DNA of 64,000 bases, taken from contig OZ253580.1 of the NCBI GenBank assembly GCA_965263035.1, forward strand, positions 1,760,001 to 1,824,000, given 5' to 3'. A program made the translations under genes and the position numbers. The stretch comes from Acidobacteriota bacterium (GTDB lineage: Bacteria; Acidobacteriota; UBA6911; RPQK01; JAJDTT01). Positions 10,698 to 20,304 of this stretch are shown here, piece after piece. The notes beneath the pieces were generated by a model, which was not told the origin of the DNA, made no database searches, and saw nothing but the letters and a program-made list of their open reading frames with translations. Each line of letters opens with the position of its first letter. Within the stretch, counting starts at the first letter, position 1.

Positions 10698-12379
10698 TTC
10701 GGGTCCGAAACTTCACTCACGTTGCCATCAGCGTCCCCAACGTCGAGGAGACCGTCGAATTCTACGAAAAAATTGTCGGGCTCGAGACGAGCGGCCGCGA
10801 CAACGGTGCCGTCTTTTTGCGCTGTAACCGCAACCACCACTGCCTGGCTATTTATCCTGGCGATCGGGCCCTGCATCACCTCGGATTGGAAGTTTCCGGT
10901 GAGCCGGCTTTGGAGCAGGCCGAGCACGAGCTGGCGGCACAAGGCTTCCGCCCCCAGCCCCGGGACTACTCCGAACCAGGTCACGGATCCGGCCTTTGTT
11001 ACCGCGATCCCGACGGAAACAGGGTGGAACTCTACGCAGGAATGCAAACCCTGGATCAACCGTTGGAACCGCGTGAAGTCCGGCCGGTTGGTTTCGGCCA
11101 TATCACGCTCATGACCGCCGACCTTCCGCGTTGCGCCGCGTTTTATACGGATGTTCTCGGATTTCGGATTTCGGACACCGTGGACGACTCAGCCATCTGG
11201 ATGCGGTGCAACCAGCAGCACCACGGTGTCGCCATCCTCCAAACCGGTCAGACCAAGGTGAACCACTATGCCTATGACCTGGCCGACTGGAGCGAACTGA
11301 AAAAGATCTGTGATCATCTTTGGAAGAATGACGTTCCCATCATCTATGGCCCCGGTCGTCACGGTCCCGGGCACAACATCTTCATTTACATCCCTGACCC
11401 CGCCGGAAATGTGATCGAACTGACCTTGGAGGTCGACCAGATCTGGGATGAAGAAACCTACCGGCCCCTGAATTGGACCAACGAACCCAAAACCGTCGAT
11501 GTCTGGAGAGCACTCCCACAGCCTCCCTACATGCTGGAAGGGGAAGGCCGTGATTTTACGGATTGGTCGACCGGCTCCCCTCTGATCGGACGAGGCTGGA
11601 GCATTCCCCAAGTGGACGGCCACGAGCTGCTCGATCCAACCGCCACCGTGACCCCTCCTAGGTCGGAAACGCCCGAGCTGAAAATCGAGATCCCTGCCTT
11701 TACGCTCAAGTTCGATAATCCTCTCGACCACGTGAAAGCCATGTTTGTGAGCGATCGGCGCTATCCCACGGGCGAAGGTCTTTCCGTTTCCGTAGACCTC
11801 TGCGTTGAGGTGAATGGGACCGAAGGCAACCCCTTCGGCGCGGATCCGGATAATCCCAAGTTGGCAAACGGGGCCATCGCGTTGATTGACAACACCACCG
11901 GGGTGGTCTTGAACTTCGGGGCATCAAATCGACGTATCCTGGCGTTACGCGAACACTTCCAGGTGAAATCACCCACGGGCAAAGACTCGACTCTGCCCAT
12001 GGTCGATCCGCTCCTGACCGACCTGACGATTGAGCCCGGTTCGTGGCATCGTTACGAAATTCGTTATCAGCCGGGAGAGGATGGCTGGTTGGAAGCTGCT
12101 CCCGACCACGCCCAATGGCTGGTGGACGGCCGGATCGTTCGCGAAGTCAATTGGGTCGCCACCATCGACCAGCCCTCGGCTCCAATCGTTCTACCCGCTC
12201 GGTTCCGGGTCATCATGGCCATTTTCACCTTGCTGGACGATCTTCCCGACGGGAGGGGAGGCGTTGTGCCGGGACTCGATTCCCAATACCGGCACTCACT
12301 CTTTGGACAAGGTGTCACGGCTCGTTGGCGCAATTTGAAGGTCCTGACTTCCAGTCAAGCCGAGCACATCAAGACGTGA
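10694..12379 (+). CDS. VOC-family extradiol dioxygenase-like protein fused to a C-terminal beta-rich (DUF6081-like) domain
   Basis: Two glyoxalase modules and the signature GPGRHGPGHNIFIYIPDPAGNVIEL, followed by about 260 extra aa (LDHVK..., FTLLD..., LFGQG). ATGA overlap with the upstream gene. Confidence 0.8.
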   Translation: MIRVRNFTHVAISVPNVEETVEFYEKIVGLETSGRDNGAVFLRCNRNHHCLAIYPGDRALHHLGLEVSGEPALEQAEHELAAQGFRPQPRDYSEPGHGSGLCYRDPDGNRVELYAGMQTLDQPLEPREVRPVGFGHITLMTADLPRCAAFYTDVLGFRISDTVDDSAIWMRCNQQHHGVAILQTGQTKVNHYAYDLADWSELKKICDHLWKNDVPIIYGPGRHGPGHNIFIYIPDPAGNVIELTLEVDQIWDEETYRPLNWTNEPKTVDVWRALPQPPYMLEGEGRDFTDWSTGSPLIGRGWSIPQVDGHELLDPTATVTPPRSETPELKIEIPAFTLKFDNPLDHVKAMFVSDRRYPTGEGLSVSVDLCVEVNGTEGNPFGADPDNPKLANGAIALIDNTTGVVLNFGASNRRILALREHFQVKSPTGKDSTLPMVDPLLTDLTIEPGSWHRYEIRYQPGEDGWLEAAPDHAQWLVDGRIVREVNWVATIDQPSAPIVLPARFRVIMAIFTLLDDLPDGRGGVVPGLDSQYRHSLFGQGVTARWRNLKVLTSSQAEHIKT

Positions 12380-12543
12380 GCGACAGACGCGAAATCGACA
12401 ACCGAAAAGCAAGTCTCATCACGGAATTCTAACGTCCAGCCGGCCAGTTCTTTACACCTCCCTGATCGTTTTCATGATGGTTTGCGCCGGAAATATCCCA
12501 TTTATCTGGGCGGGACGGGTGAAAAACTGGATCCCTGATCTGC

Positions 12544-12933
12544 TTGTATCGGAATAAGAATTCAGGGCGGATTTCGGTGCGGATTCCCTTCTGGGTCAAC
12601 AGCAAAGAGGTCCGCAGATGGGTTTCGGGGAAGGAACTTTCAGCGGTCCGGATCGCCAACTTCCTGATGTTTGAGGACCCCAAACCGGGTGACAAGATCC
12701 GTCTTCAGTTCCCAATTCGGGAAGACAGCGCCGAATATACGGCTAATTCCAGGACCGAAAAGGAGCAAACCTACAAGTGCACCTTTCGAGGCAGCACTCT
12801 GGTGGACGTTTCGACTCGAGACTCTTCACCGACCAGCTACCCTCTTTACTTGCGTCAGCACCTGAGAAAAGACAAAGCACCTATTAAAAAGGTTTCGCGT
12901 TTCCTGGCCGAAAAGAAGGCTTTGCAATGGTGA
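12544..12933 (+). pseudogene. C-terminal fragment of a GH127-like protein paralogous to 7541..9520
   Basis: ISVRIPFW, Y.CTFRGSTLVDVS and YPLYLR....DKAP.KK.SR match the C-terminus of the 659-aa protein. The catalytic domain is absent. Confidence 0.85.
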
Positions 12934-13158
12934 TTGCCGGGACACCGGACTGTGGCAAGGGCCTTCAATCTTGACCAATCCCCCAAACTGAGAAGATTGC
13001 AGCGGTTTGAAATCCAGGCTCTGAAGGCCGCTCGATATTTTCCCGGTAGACGATTGAGTGAAACGGTGTCCGACGATCTTGGCAGGCTGCCAAAGCCCCA
13101 GGAAAGGCCCTCTCAATCCAAAAGGATCAGGCCGTTTGGCCCTCTTAGCTCTATACTG

Positions 13159-13938
13159 TTACCTTTGACTGATATGCCCCCTCAGGCGGGCGGCTGAGGT
13201 GTCGATCGCACGCGCCAAATGCGCCCAATCCACGCCCATAAGCACCCATTGGATTCCCTTTTCTGTCCACTCCATAAGCGCTTCAGGATCATCGGCCAGA
13301 CCGATACCGGGAAAGACGCCGGCTTGATGTGCCTTGGTAACGACCGTTTCAACGGCGCTCTGCACCTCCGGGTGTTGAGGATTTCCCATATATCCCATTG
13401 AACCGGCCAAATCGTTGGCACCAATCATGATCGCGGTGAGTCCCGGCACGCGAACGATTTCGTCGATGACGTTGACAGCGTCTATGTGCTCGATTTGCAC
13501 TATACAAACGATTTCCTCGTTGGCTCGCCGGCAGTACTCTGCGTCCCCGATGCGACCGTATCGAATCGGACGTCGTGGACCGAATCCCCGCTCTCCCTCT
13601 GGAGGATACAAGCATGCAGAGACGGCAAGCTGAACGTCTTCGACCGAGCGGACGAGCGGGACCACAATGCCGTCTGCCCCAATGTCCAACACCGGCTTGA
13701 TCAAGACGGCATCATTCGATGCAACACGCACCAACGCCGCGGCGTCGCTACCCTTTGTCGCCATGATGTGAGCCTGAACTGTTTCCAAGGAATGGGCATT
13801 GTGCTCCATGTCGATGAAGGCAAAATCGAGTGTGTGAGAGATTAACTCGGTCACGGTTGGATCCGAAAAGCTCACTCCGCAACCAAGCGGGATTTGCCCA
13901 CTTTCCAGCTTGGCCCTGAACTTGTTAGCGTTCTCCAT
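13159..13938 (-). CDS. HpcH/HpaI aldolase family protein
   Basis: IDMEH, LVRV, LDIGADGIVVP, YPPEGERG, QIEH, IGANDL. Confidence 0.93.
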   Translation of the reverse strand: MENANKFRAKLESGQIPLGCGVSFSDPTVTELISHTLDFAFIDMEHNAHSLETVQAHIMATKGSDAAALVRVASNDAVLIKPVLDIGADGIVVPLVRSVEDVQLAVSACLYPPEGERGFGPRRPIRYGRIGDAEYCRRANEEIVCIVQIEHIDAVNVIDEIVRVPGLTAIMIGANDLAGSMGYMGNPQHPEVQSAVETVVTKAHQAGVFPGIGLADDPEALMEWTEKGIQWVLMGVDWAHLARAIDTSAARLRGHISQR

Positions 13939-14053
13939 CAACACCCCTTTCTTGGATTGCTTGAAAGCTGTTGCGTCGATTGACAACTAACGGTTGAATT
14001 ACCGCTTAGCCGTTTCGGAACAGGCGTTGGGATGGTCAAAATTAATTCAACCA

Positions 14054-14941
14054 CTATCCGATTCCAATCGATCTCAAGTATTCCCGGTTTCGTTTGGCGA
14101 TTGGCAATGGTTTGTCGAACGGCACAGGATACATGTCTTGTTCAACAATTGCCCATCCGTCAAATTCGATTTCCTGCAACAAATCTCGAAAGGCAATGTA
14201 ATCCACCAATCCCTTTGAGAGTTCACAGAACATGCCCATCTCGACAGCATGAACGAACGCTATTTCCTCAGCCACCACTTGCTGGCGAAGTTCAGGGTCC
14301 ACACTCTTTAGATGAAGGTAAGGAATCCTCTCGTGATGCCGGCGCACGAAGGCGACCGGATCCACCCCGCGGTAGGCCAAATGACCAATATCCTGACCAA
14401 GGGAGACCACCTCGGGGTCAGTATCTTCCAGTAACTTCTCAATCTGATCTTCAAAGGCAACGTGGGAATCGGGGCTGGAATGATAAACCAACTGGAGATC
14501 GAATTTTTCCCGCACCATGATTGCCGCCCTGTGGGTGGTATCGATCAGGCGCTTCCACGCATCCTCATCCAATCGTTCGGGCTTGATTCGTTCGCCGGTA
14601 AACCAATCAGTGTGCAGGTCATCGATCAAGACAAGAAATTGCGCTCCTAGTCCCGCCAGCAACTCTCCTACTCCCAAAAGCTGCGACTCCAACCCCGGCC
14701 ATGCTTCCGGGTCTTCCAGATGAGCCATTAGAAAAGTGCCCGAGACCTTCAAATTACGCCGGCTCAATTGCCGGCGTAAGACGTTGAGATCTTGCGGAAA
14801 ATAACCATAAGGACCCAGTTCGATCCACTCATAGCCGGCCTCCGCCACCTCGTCAAGAAACCTCCGCCAGGGGATTTGTCTTGGATCTTCCCCAAACCAC
14901 ACACCCCAGGAATCCGGGCAGCTACCCACCTTGACGTTCAT
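14054..14941 (-). CDS. Myo-inosose-2 dehydratase-like TIM barrel protein (IolE-like)
   Basis: PDSWGVWF, IELGPYGY, DIGH, HLK, IVEQDMYP. Confidence 0.85.
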   Translation of the reverse strand: MNVKVGSCPDSWGVWFGEDPRQIPWRRFLDEVAEAGYEWIELGPYGYFPQDLNVLRRQLSRRNLKVSGTFLMAHLEDPEAWPGLESQLLGVGELLAGLGAQFLVLIDDLHTDWFTGERIKPERLDEDAWKRLIDTTHRAAIMVREKFDLQLVYHSSPDSHVAFEDQIEKLLEDTDPEVVSLGQDIGHLAYRGVDPVAFVRRHHERIPYLHLKSVDPELRQQVVAEEIAFVHAVEMGMFCELSKGLVDYIAFRDLLQEIEFDGWAIVEQDMYPVPFDKPLPIAKRNREYLRSIGIG

Positions 14942-15276
14942 TGTTGGAATCTCCTATTGGTCAATGGTCTGTCAGCCGTGCAATCCTAAAATGAACTGGC
15001 TCCCCTGCCCTCTTGGTCCATTGGCGGCGATCTTCCGGTTTGACCTGGTGGACAATGGGACCGAGGGACCCTCTCAGCTATCTTCCAAAGAGTTTGTCTT
15101 TGGCATCCTGCGCCGTCTCGGCCACTTGCGTGGCACCCCGGAAAAAACCAATTGCCAAAAAATCCAGCCTCCGAAAATTGATGGGTTTCCGAGCCGACGC
15201 TGACGGGCCACAATATCGGAGAGTAGACAGGCTGGCAAGTTGCCCAGGAATCGCTTTGATACATTCGTCAAGAAGG

Positions 15277-15525
15277 TCAATGTTGGGGAGGTAAAGCTAC
15301 GTCTTCCTGGACCAAATTGTCGATCTCTGCCGCCAGACGGGCCAGTTCCTGCTCCTTTTCAGCCTGTGCCGCCGCCAAGCGTCCTCGTTCCTCTTCGAGG
15401 ATTTCCTCAATGCCCTTCTCGGCCCATTCGTAACCGCGAGTCTCTTGCAGGTATGGCGTGTATTCGCTCCAAATGAGTTCTGGATCGCTCGGCAGCCGGA
15501 GAATCCAGAATAGCGGCTCTGGCAT
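15277..15525 (-). pseudogene. Probable gene fragment (coiled-coil, unknown function)
   Basis: Protein-like acidic helical translation sitting among other gene fragments; no family recognised. Confidence 0.35.
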
Positions 15526-15548
15526 AAGCAGCCAGGGCGGCCCGCGAA

Positions 15549-15995
15549 TTGCGAACGACTGCCGAGGCGGGAGCGGCCCTGCAACTGTCAGAAGTGAGCC
15601 GGGGAGCAGCCTTTGGCGACATTGACAACGACGGTGACGTGGACATTCTGATCACCAACAACAACGGACCGGTGCGGTTGCTGTTGAATGAGATCGGGTC
15701 GCGACATCACTGGCTACAGGTTCAACTGGAGGGGGTGCAAAGCAACCGCTACGGGGTAGGAGCCCGGGTGGGAGTGCAGCGCCAGGGTAAGAGAACGCTA
15801 TGGCGTCGCGCGCATACCGACGGCAGCTATTTGAACGCCAACGACCATCGGGTGCACTTTGGCTTGGGCCGAGACCAGGAGGTCAAGGCAGTCATCGTCC
15901 ACTGGCTCAGCGGCAGCAGCGAGATCTGGGAAGGGGTGGAAGCTGACCGGCTCGTCACCCTCCAAGAAGGCTCCGGAATACCGTGGAAGCCGTAG
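15549..15995 (+). pseudogene. C-terminal fragment of a CRTAC1/ASPIC-UnbV family protein
   Basis: RGAAFGDIDNDGDVD (FG-GAP), SNRYGVGARV, GSYL, VHFGLG. The N-terminal propeller is missing. Confidence 0.85.
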
Positions 15996-16136
15996 CGGAC
16001 CAGGATTCCCCAAAAAGCGACGTTGGAGCCCCCGGTCATCTTTCAAAAAATCTGGAAATAGGGAGGAACTATTAGTGACAATAGGAGTTCTCGTGCAGAG
16101 ATCCGAAAAAGCCATTGACGCTCGAAGGAGGTTCTC

Positions 16137-16895
16137 ATGGCAGCCAGTCTCGACAACCGAATTGCTTTGGTAACGGGCGGAGCCTCGGGGATTGGCCGAG
16201 CCACCTGTCTACTGCTTGCTCGGGAAGGCGCCAAAGTGGTTGTGGCGGACGTACAGCAGGATAAAGCGAGCGAAACCGTCCAGTTGGTCAAAGCTGCCGG
16301 TGGGGAGGCGATGTCCGTAGCCTGTGATGTGACGAAAGCCGGTGAAGTCGAGGGGTTGGTCCAAGCATGCGTGAGCCGGCATGGCCGGCTGGATTGCGGT
16401 ATTAACGTCGCCGGCATTTTGGGAGAAATGGGCAAGATCCACGAGTGTACCGAGGACAACTACGATCGTGTGATGGCAACCAACACCAAGGGCATATGGC
16501 TGTGCATGAAATATGAAATTATCCAGATGCTTGCGCAGGGGTCGGGAGTGATCGTGAACATCGCCTCTGTCGCTGGTGAGGCGGGAACCCCCGACTTGGC
16601 GGTTTATGGAGCGTCCAAGGTGGCTGTCAGTATGCTGACACGGGCGGCAGCGGTCGACCTGGTCGCCAGGAATATTCGTGTGAACGCCATTAATCCCGGA
16701 TTCGTCCAGACTGCAATGGTCGACCAGCAGGAAGCGGACTATCCCGAAAAGGTAAAGGAATATCAAGAAGGTCTTAGAATCGGTCGCATGGGACGTCCCG
16801 AGGAAATCGCCGAGGCGGTCGTGTGGTTGTGTTCGGACAAAGCCTCTTTCGTCGCCGGCCAAGCGATGAACGTCGACGGAGCGGCTCTGGCCTAA
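16137..16895 (+). CDS. Short-chain dehydrogenase/reductase
   Basis: TGGASGIG, YGASK, VNAINPG, VDG; RBS aggagg. Confidence 0.95.
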   Translation: MAASLDNRIALVTGGASGIGRATCLLLAREGAKVVVADVQQDKASETVQLVKAAGGEAMSVACDVTKAGEVEGLVQACVSRHGRLDCGINVAGILGEMGKIHECTEDNYDRVMATNTKGIWLCMKYEIIQMLAQGSGVIVNIASVAGEAGTPDLAVYGASKVAVSMLTRAAAVDLVARNIRVNAINPGFVQTAMVDQQEADYPEKVKEYQEGLRIGRMGRPEEIAEAVVWLCSDKASFVAGQAMNVDGAALA

Positions 16896-17053
16896 CAGTC
16901 CGTGGTGAAAGTCCCGCGAGCACCGAGACCGTTCCTGCGCCCGGCGGACAAGGCGCGATGAGGGAGCATACCGGGAGTATGTGAGCCGATAGCAACGCAG
17001 TCCGCCGGGATGCAGGGACGGTCGAATGCCGTGACGACTTTTGCCACGGGCTG
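16896..17053. mobile_element. 158-bp MITE-like repeat, copy 2 (inverted relative to copy 1)
   Basis: Reverse complement of 9608..9765. Flanked by a CTAA direct repeat (16892-16895, which includes the SDR stop codon, and 17054-17057). Confidence 0.85.
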
Positions 17054-17094
17054 CTAACCTGCACTTCTCACCAGAGAAACAATTATCGGTTTGT

Positions 17095-17529
17095 TTAGCA
17101 GCATTTCAGTAGTTCTTTCTCCATTGGTCTCCAAGCGGTTTCTTGCGAGCTCGAACGGGACGACGATGGCCGAAATCCGTCGATCTCGGGAGCCTGATCG
17201 TCCTCCATGGCCAGCAGAAACGTCCCCGAGAAAGTCCGGCTTGGATCGGGCGTCTGCTGAAAAGCGTTGCGGATCGAGCAGATCTCCGAGTCATCGGCAT
17301 CCCGTTCCGCCAAATAGTCGACAAGACGCCAAGTGCCATGTTTCCACTCCCGGAAAAGGGCGGACTGGGGCTCCGACCGGTCCAGGTCGCTCAGATAGAT
17401 GGCTTCCGCAGAATCGGCTTCCGTTTGTTCAGCGGTCGGCTTGGTCGCGGGGTCGTCGACTCCGTTATCCGAGCAGGACGCAATCGGAACCAGCGTCAAG
17501 ACCGGCAGGGATCTGTTCCGTGAATTCAT
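17095..17529 (-). pseudogene. Hypothetical lipoprotein, probably truncated
   Basis: Signal-like N-terminus with IASC. The C-terminal half looks frameshifted and ends near mobile-element ends. Confidence 0.35.
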
Positions 17530-17875
17530 AAATGAAGGTCCGCTCGATCATGCCGTACGGCGTTCAAAAACACCCAGGATTCGATAGCGAACGATTACGG
17601 ACTTGCACCAGGACCAATTCTCCTGGCCGGGTGAAGGCCAGTGATCATTTTGCGAGCCTATTAGCAGGCGGACGCGGTGGTCGCGAACTCACCGGCCGGG
17701 TCCTTGCGACGTCCTCCAAGTCCGAGCGACTCCACGCGCCAGGCTCTCGCAATCCTTGAATGGGACCCTTGGGGACCGTACTCTGCTGGCAATGACCGTC
17801 CCGCATTTGCTGTCTGAGACTGTTCTGAAGCTGATTCTTCCGGTCAGGAAAGCGATCCGATGCCTGATGCCGGCA

Positions 17876-20254
17876 ATGGAGTTCGTTACCAAGAGAAGTA
17901 TGCTGGTACATTCCGGCGCAGCCGCAGTCTGTCTGGGTCTGGCGACACCGTCCGCCGCTCAGGAGGCCGCCGGGTCCGCGGAGAAGGTGCCGGACCGGTT
18001 CGTAGAGCTATGCTCCAGTTGCCACGGTGAACAGGCCCAGGGCACCGAACGGGGCCCTTCGCTGGTCCACAGCCGGAACCTCCGAAGCCTTTCCGACGAC
18101 CAGATTCGCGCCGTCATCCGCAACGGTACGCCGGGAGGGATGCCGCCGTTCGCGATGGAGGACTCGGCGCTGGCGAACTTGGCGGCTTGGGTCCACTCGC
18201 TGAACGCCTCGGCCTACGATGTCCAGCCGCCCGGAGACGTCCTTGCCGGCGAGCGCTTCTTCTTCGGACAGGGCGAGTGCGGGACCTGCCACATGATCGC
18301 GGGCCGCGGCGGCATCAACGGCCCCGATCTCTCGGATATCGGACGTCAACTCACCGTACGCCAACTGGACCAGTCGCTGGACGACCCCCTTGCGCGCGCT
18401 GCCGTCCGCTCTTCCGATTCCTGTCCCGGTTGGGCCTTCTGTCCCGAAAACCCGTGGGAGATCGCCACCGTCCAACAGCGCGACGGATCCGTATTGCGGG
18501 GGTTCGTTCGCAAACGCGGGATGCACGACCTGCAGCTTCAGACGCTCGACGGGCGCTTTCACCTGCTGCTCGACACCGAGTACACCGGCATCTCCATCGA
18601 ATCAGAACCCCTGATGCCGGCGCTCGTGGCTTCGGCCCGGGAGCGCCGCGATCTGGTGGCCTATTTGAGCCGGCGCGGCGGCACTCCGGTCGGTCCCCTG
18701 GCCAGTGAACCGGAACCGGTGTCGGACGAAGAAATGCAGCGAATCCTCTATCCGGAACCCGGGGAGTGGCCCACCTACAACGGAAACCTGAACGGCAACC
18801 GTCACAGTCGTCTCGATCAGATCAACACCGGCAATGCCGGGAAGTTGCGCCTTGAATGGTCCTATTCCATTCCCTACACACCTCTCGAAACGACTCCGCT
18901 GGTCAGCGGCGGGATCATGTTCGTGACCGGGCCGAACCGCGTCTGCGCGTTGGACGCGCGCACGGGACGGCAGATCTGGTGCTACGTCCGTCAGCGCAGC
19001 CAGGCGGGCACCATTTCCGGCGACGCCGCGATCGGAGCGAACCGTGGAGTGGCGATCCTGGGTGACCGTGTCTTCTTCAGTACCGACGATGCCCACCTCA
19101 TCTGTCTGAACCGCATCACGGGCGGATTGATGTGGGATGTCGACATGCCGGATCCGGACCTCCCGGGGCCCTACGGATCGACCAGCGCGCCGCTGGTGGT
19201 CAACGATCTGGTCATCGCCGGGGTCGGCGGCGGCGACGAGGGAATTCGAGGCTTCCTGGACGCCTACACGGCGGCGACGGGAGAACGCGCTTGGCGTTTC
19301 TGGACCGTCCCGGCGCGGGGGGAGCCGGGCTCGGAGACCTGGATTGGCGACGCCATCGAACTCGGCGGCGGGGCCACCTGGCTGACGGGGTCCTACGACG
19401 TCGAATCGGGATGGCTCTACTGGACCACCGGAAACCCCTGGCCCGATACGGACCCCACCGACCGAATCGGTGCGAACCTCTATACCAACTCCGTCGTGGC
19501 GCTCGACGTGAAGACCGGAAAGCTGCAGTGGTACTTCCAGTTCACCCCGGCCGACGTTCACGACTGGGACGCCACCGAGCCGGTCCTCCTCGTGGACACC
19601 GAGTTTCAGGGACAGGACCGGAAGCTCCTGCTGCAGGCAAATCGCAACGGTTTCTACTATGTCCTCGACCGCACCAACGGCAAGTTTCTGCTGGGGGAAC
19701 CCTTCGTCAAGAAACTGACCTGGGCCAGCGGCATCGACGACAACGGTGCGCCGCAACTGCTCCCCGGCAATGAGCCGACGCTGGGCGGAGCAAAGTCGTG
19801 TCCCGCCGTGCGGGGAGCGACGAACTGGTATTCGACGGCCTTTCACCCGGCGACCCGGTTACTTTACGTGATGGCCGTGGAGGACTGCACCATCTACCAG
19901 AAGGCTCGGCTCGGGGGGTTCTTGCCGTACCGGAATCCGGAGGACCCGCCCCAGAAGTTTCTGAGGGCGTTGGAAGTCGACACGGGGAAGATCGCCTGGG
20001 AGATTCAGCAGGTCGGCACACCCGAGTCGAACTACTCCGGCGTCCTGTCCACCGCTGGCGGAGTCGTATTCTACGGCGAGACGGGCGGCAGCTTCGCGGC
20101 GGTCGACGCCAAGAGCGGCGAGACTCTGTGGCACTTCGAGGCGAACCAGATCTGGAAGGGCTCGCCCATGGCCTACGCGGTCAAGGACAAGCAGTACGTC
20201 GCCATCGCTTCGGGCGGGAACATCCTCTCGTTCGCGTTGTCCGACTTGGAGTAG
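17876..20254 (+). CDS. PQQ-dependent dehydrogenase with N-terminal cytochrome c domains (start uncertain)
   Basis: Heme motifs CSSCH and CGTCH; WPTYNG, Trp-docking repeats, GNPWPD, HDWDAT, QANRNGF. Confidence 0.92.
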   Translation: MEFVTKRSMLVHSGAAAVCLGLATPSAAQEAAGSAEKVPDRFVELCSSCHGEQAQGTERGPSLVHSRNLRSLSDDQIRAVIRNGTPGGMPPFAMEDSALANLAAWVHSLNASAYDVQPPGDVLAGERFFFGQGECGTCHMIAGRGGINGPDLSDIGRQLTVRQLDQSLDDPLARAAVRSSDSCPGWAFCPENPWEIATVQQRDGSVLRGFVRKRGMHDLQLQTLDGRFHLLLDTEYTGISIESEPLMPALVASARERRDLVAYLSRRGGTPVGPLASEPEPVSDEEMQRILYPEPGEWPTYNGNLNGNRHSRLDQINTGNAGKLRLEWSYSIPYTPLETTPLVSGGIMFVTGPNRVCALDARTGRQIWCYVRQRSQAGTISGDAAIGANRGVAILGDRVFFSTDDAHLICLNRITGGLMWDVDMPDPDLPGPYGSTSAPLVVNDLVIAGVGGGDEGIRGFLDAYTAATGERAWRFWTVPARGEPGSETWIGDAIELGGGATWLTGSYDVESGWLYWTTGNPWPDTDPTDRIGANLYTNSVVALDVKTGKLQWYFQFTPADVHDWDATEPVLLVDTEFQGQDRKLLLQANRNGFYYVLDRTNGKFLLGEPFVKKLTWASGIDDNGAPQLLPGNEPTLGGAKSCPAVRGATNWYSTAFHPATRLLYVMAVEDCTIYQKARLGGFLPYRNPEDPPQKFLRALEVDTGKIAWEIQQVGTPESNYSGVLSTAGGVVFYGETGGSFAAVDAKSGETLWHFEANQIWKGSPMAYAVKDKQYVAIASGGNILSFALSDLE

Positions 20255-20304
20255 GAGTCTGCGTTTCCCTGCAAGTTGGATGTGATCCAGTTTTGAGCAA
20301 CGGG

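Noticed and set aside
14990-15290. Possible IS-end remnants here and at 12940-13155
   Set aside because: Non-coding and IS-like in character, but no paired TIR or transposase fragment could be identified.
19798-20304. N-terminal extension making a 592-aa amidohydrolase
   Set aside because: It overlaps the PQQ dehydrogenase in another frame; the real start is 20305 or 20467.
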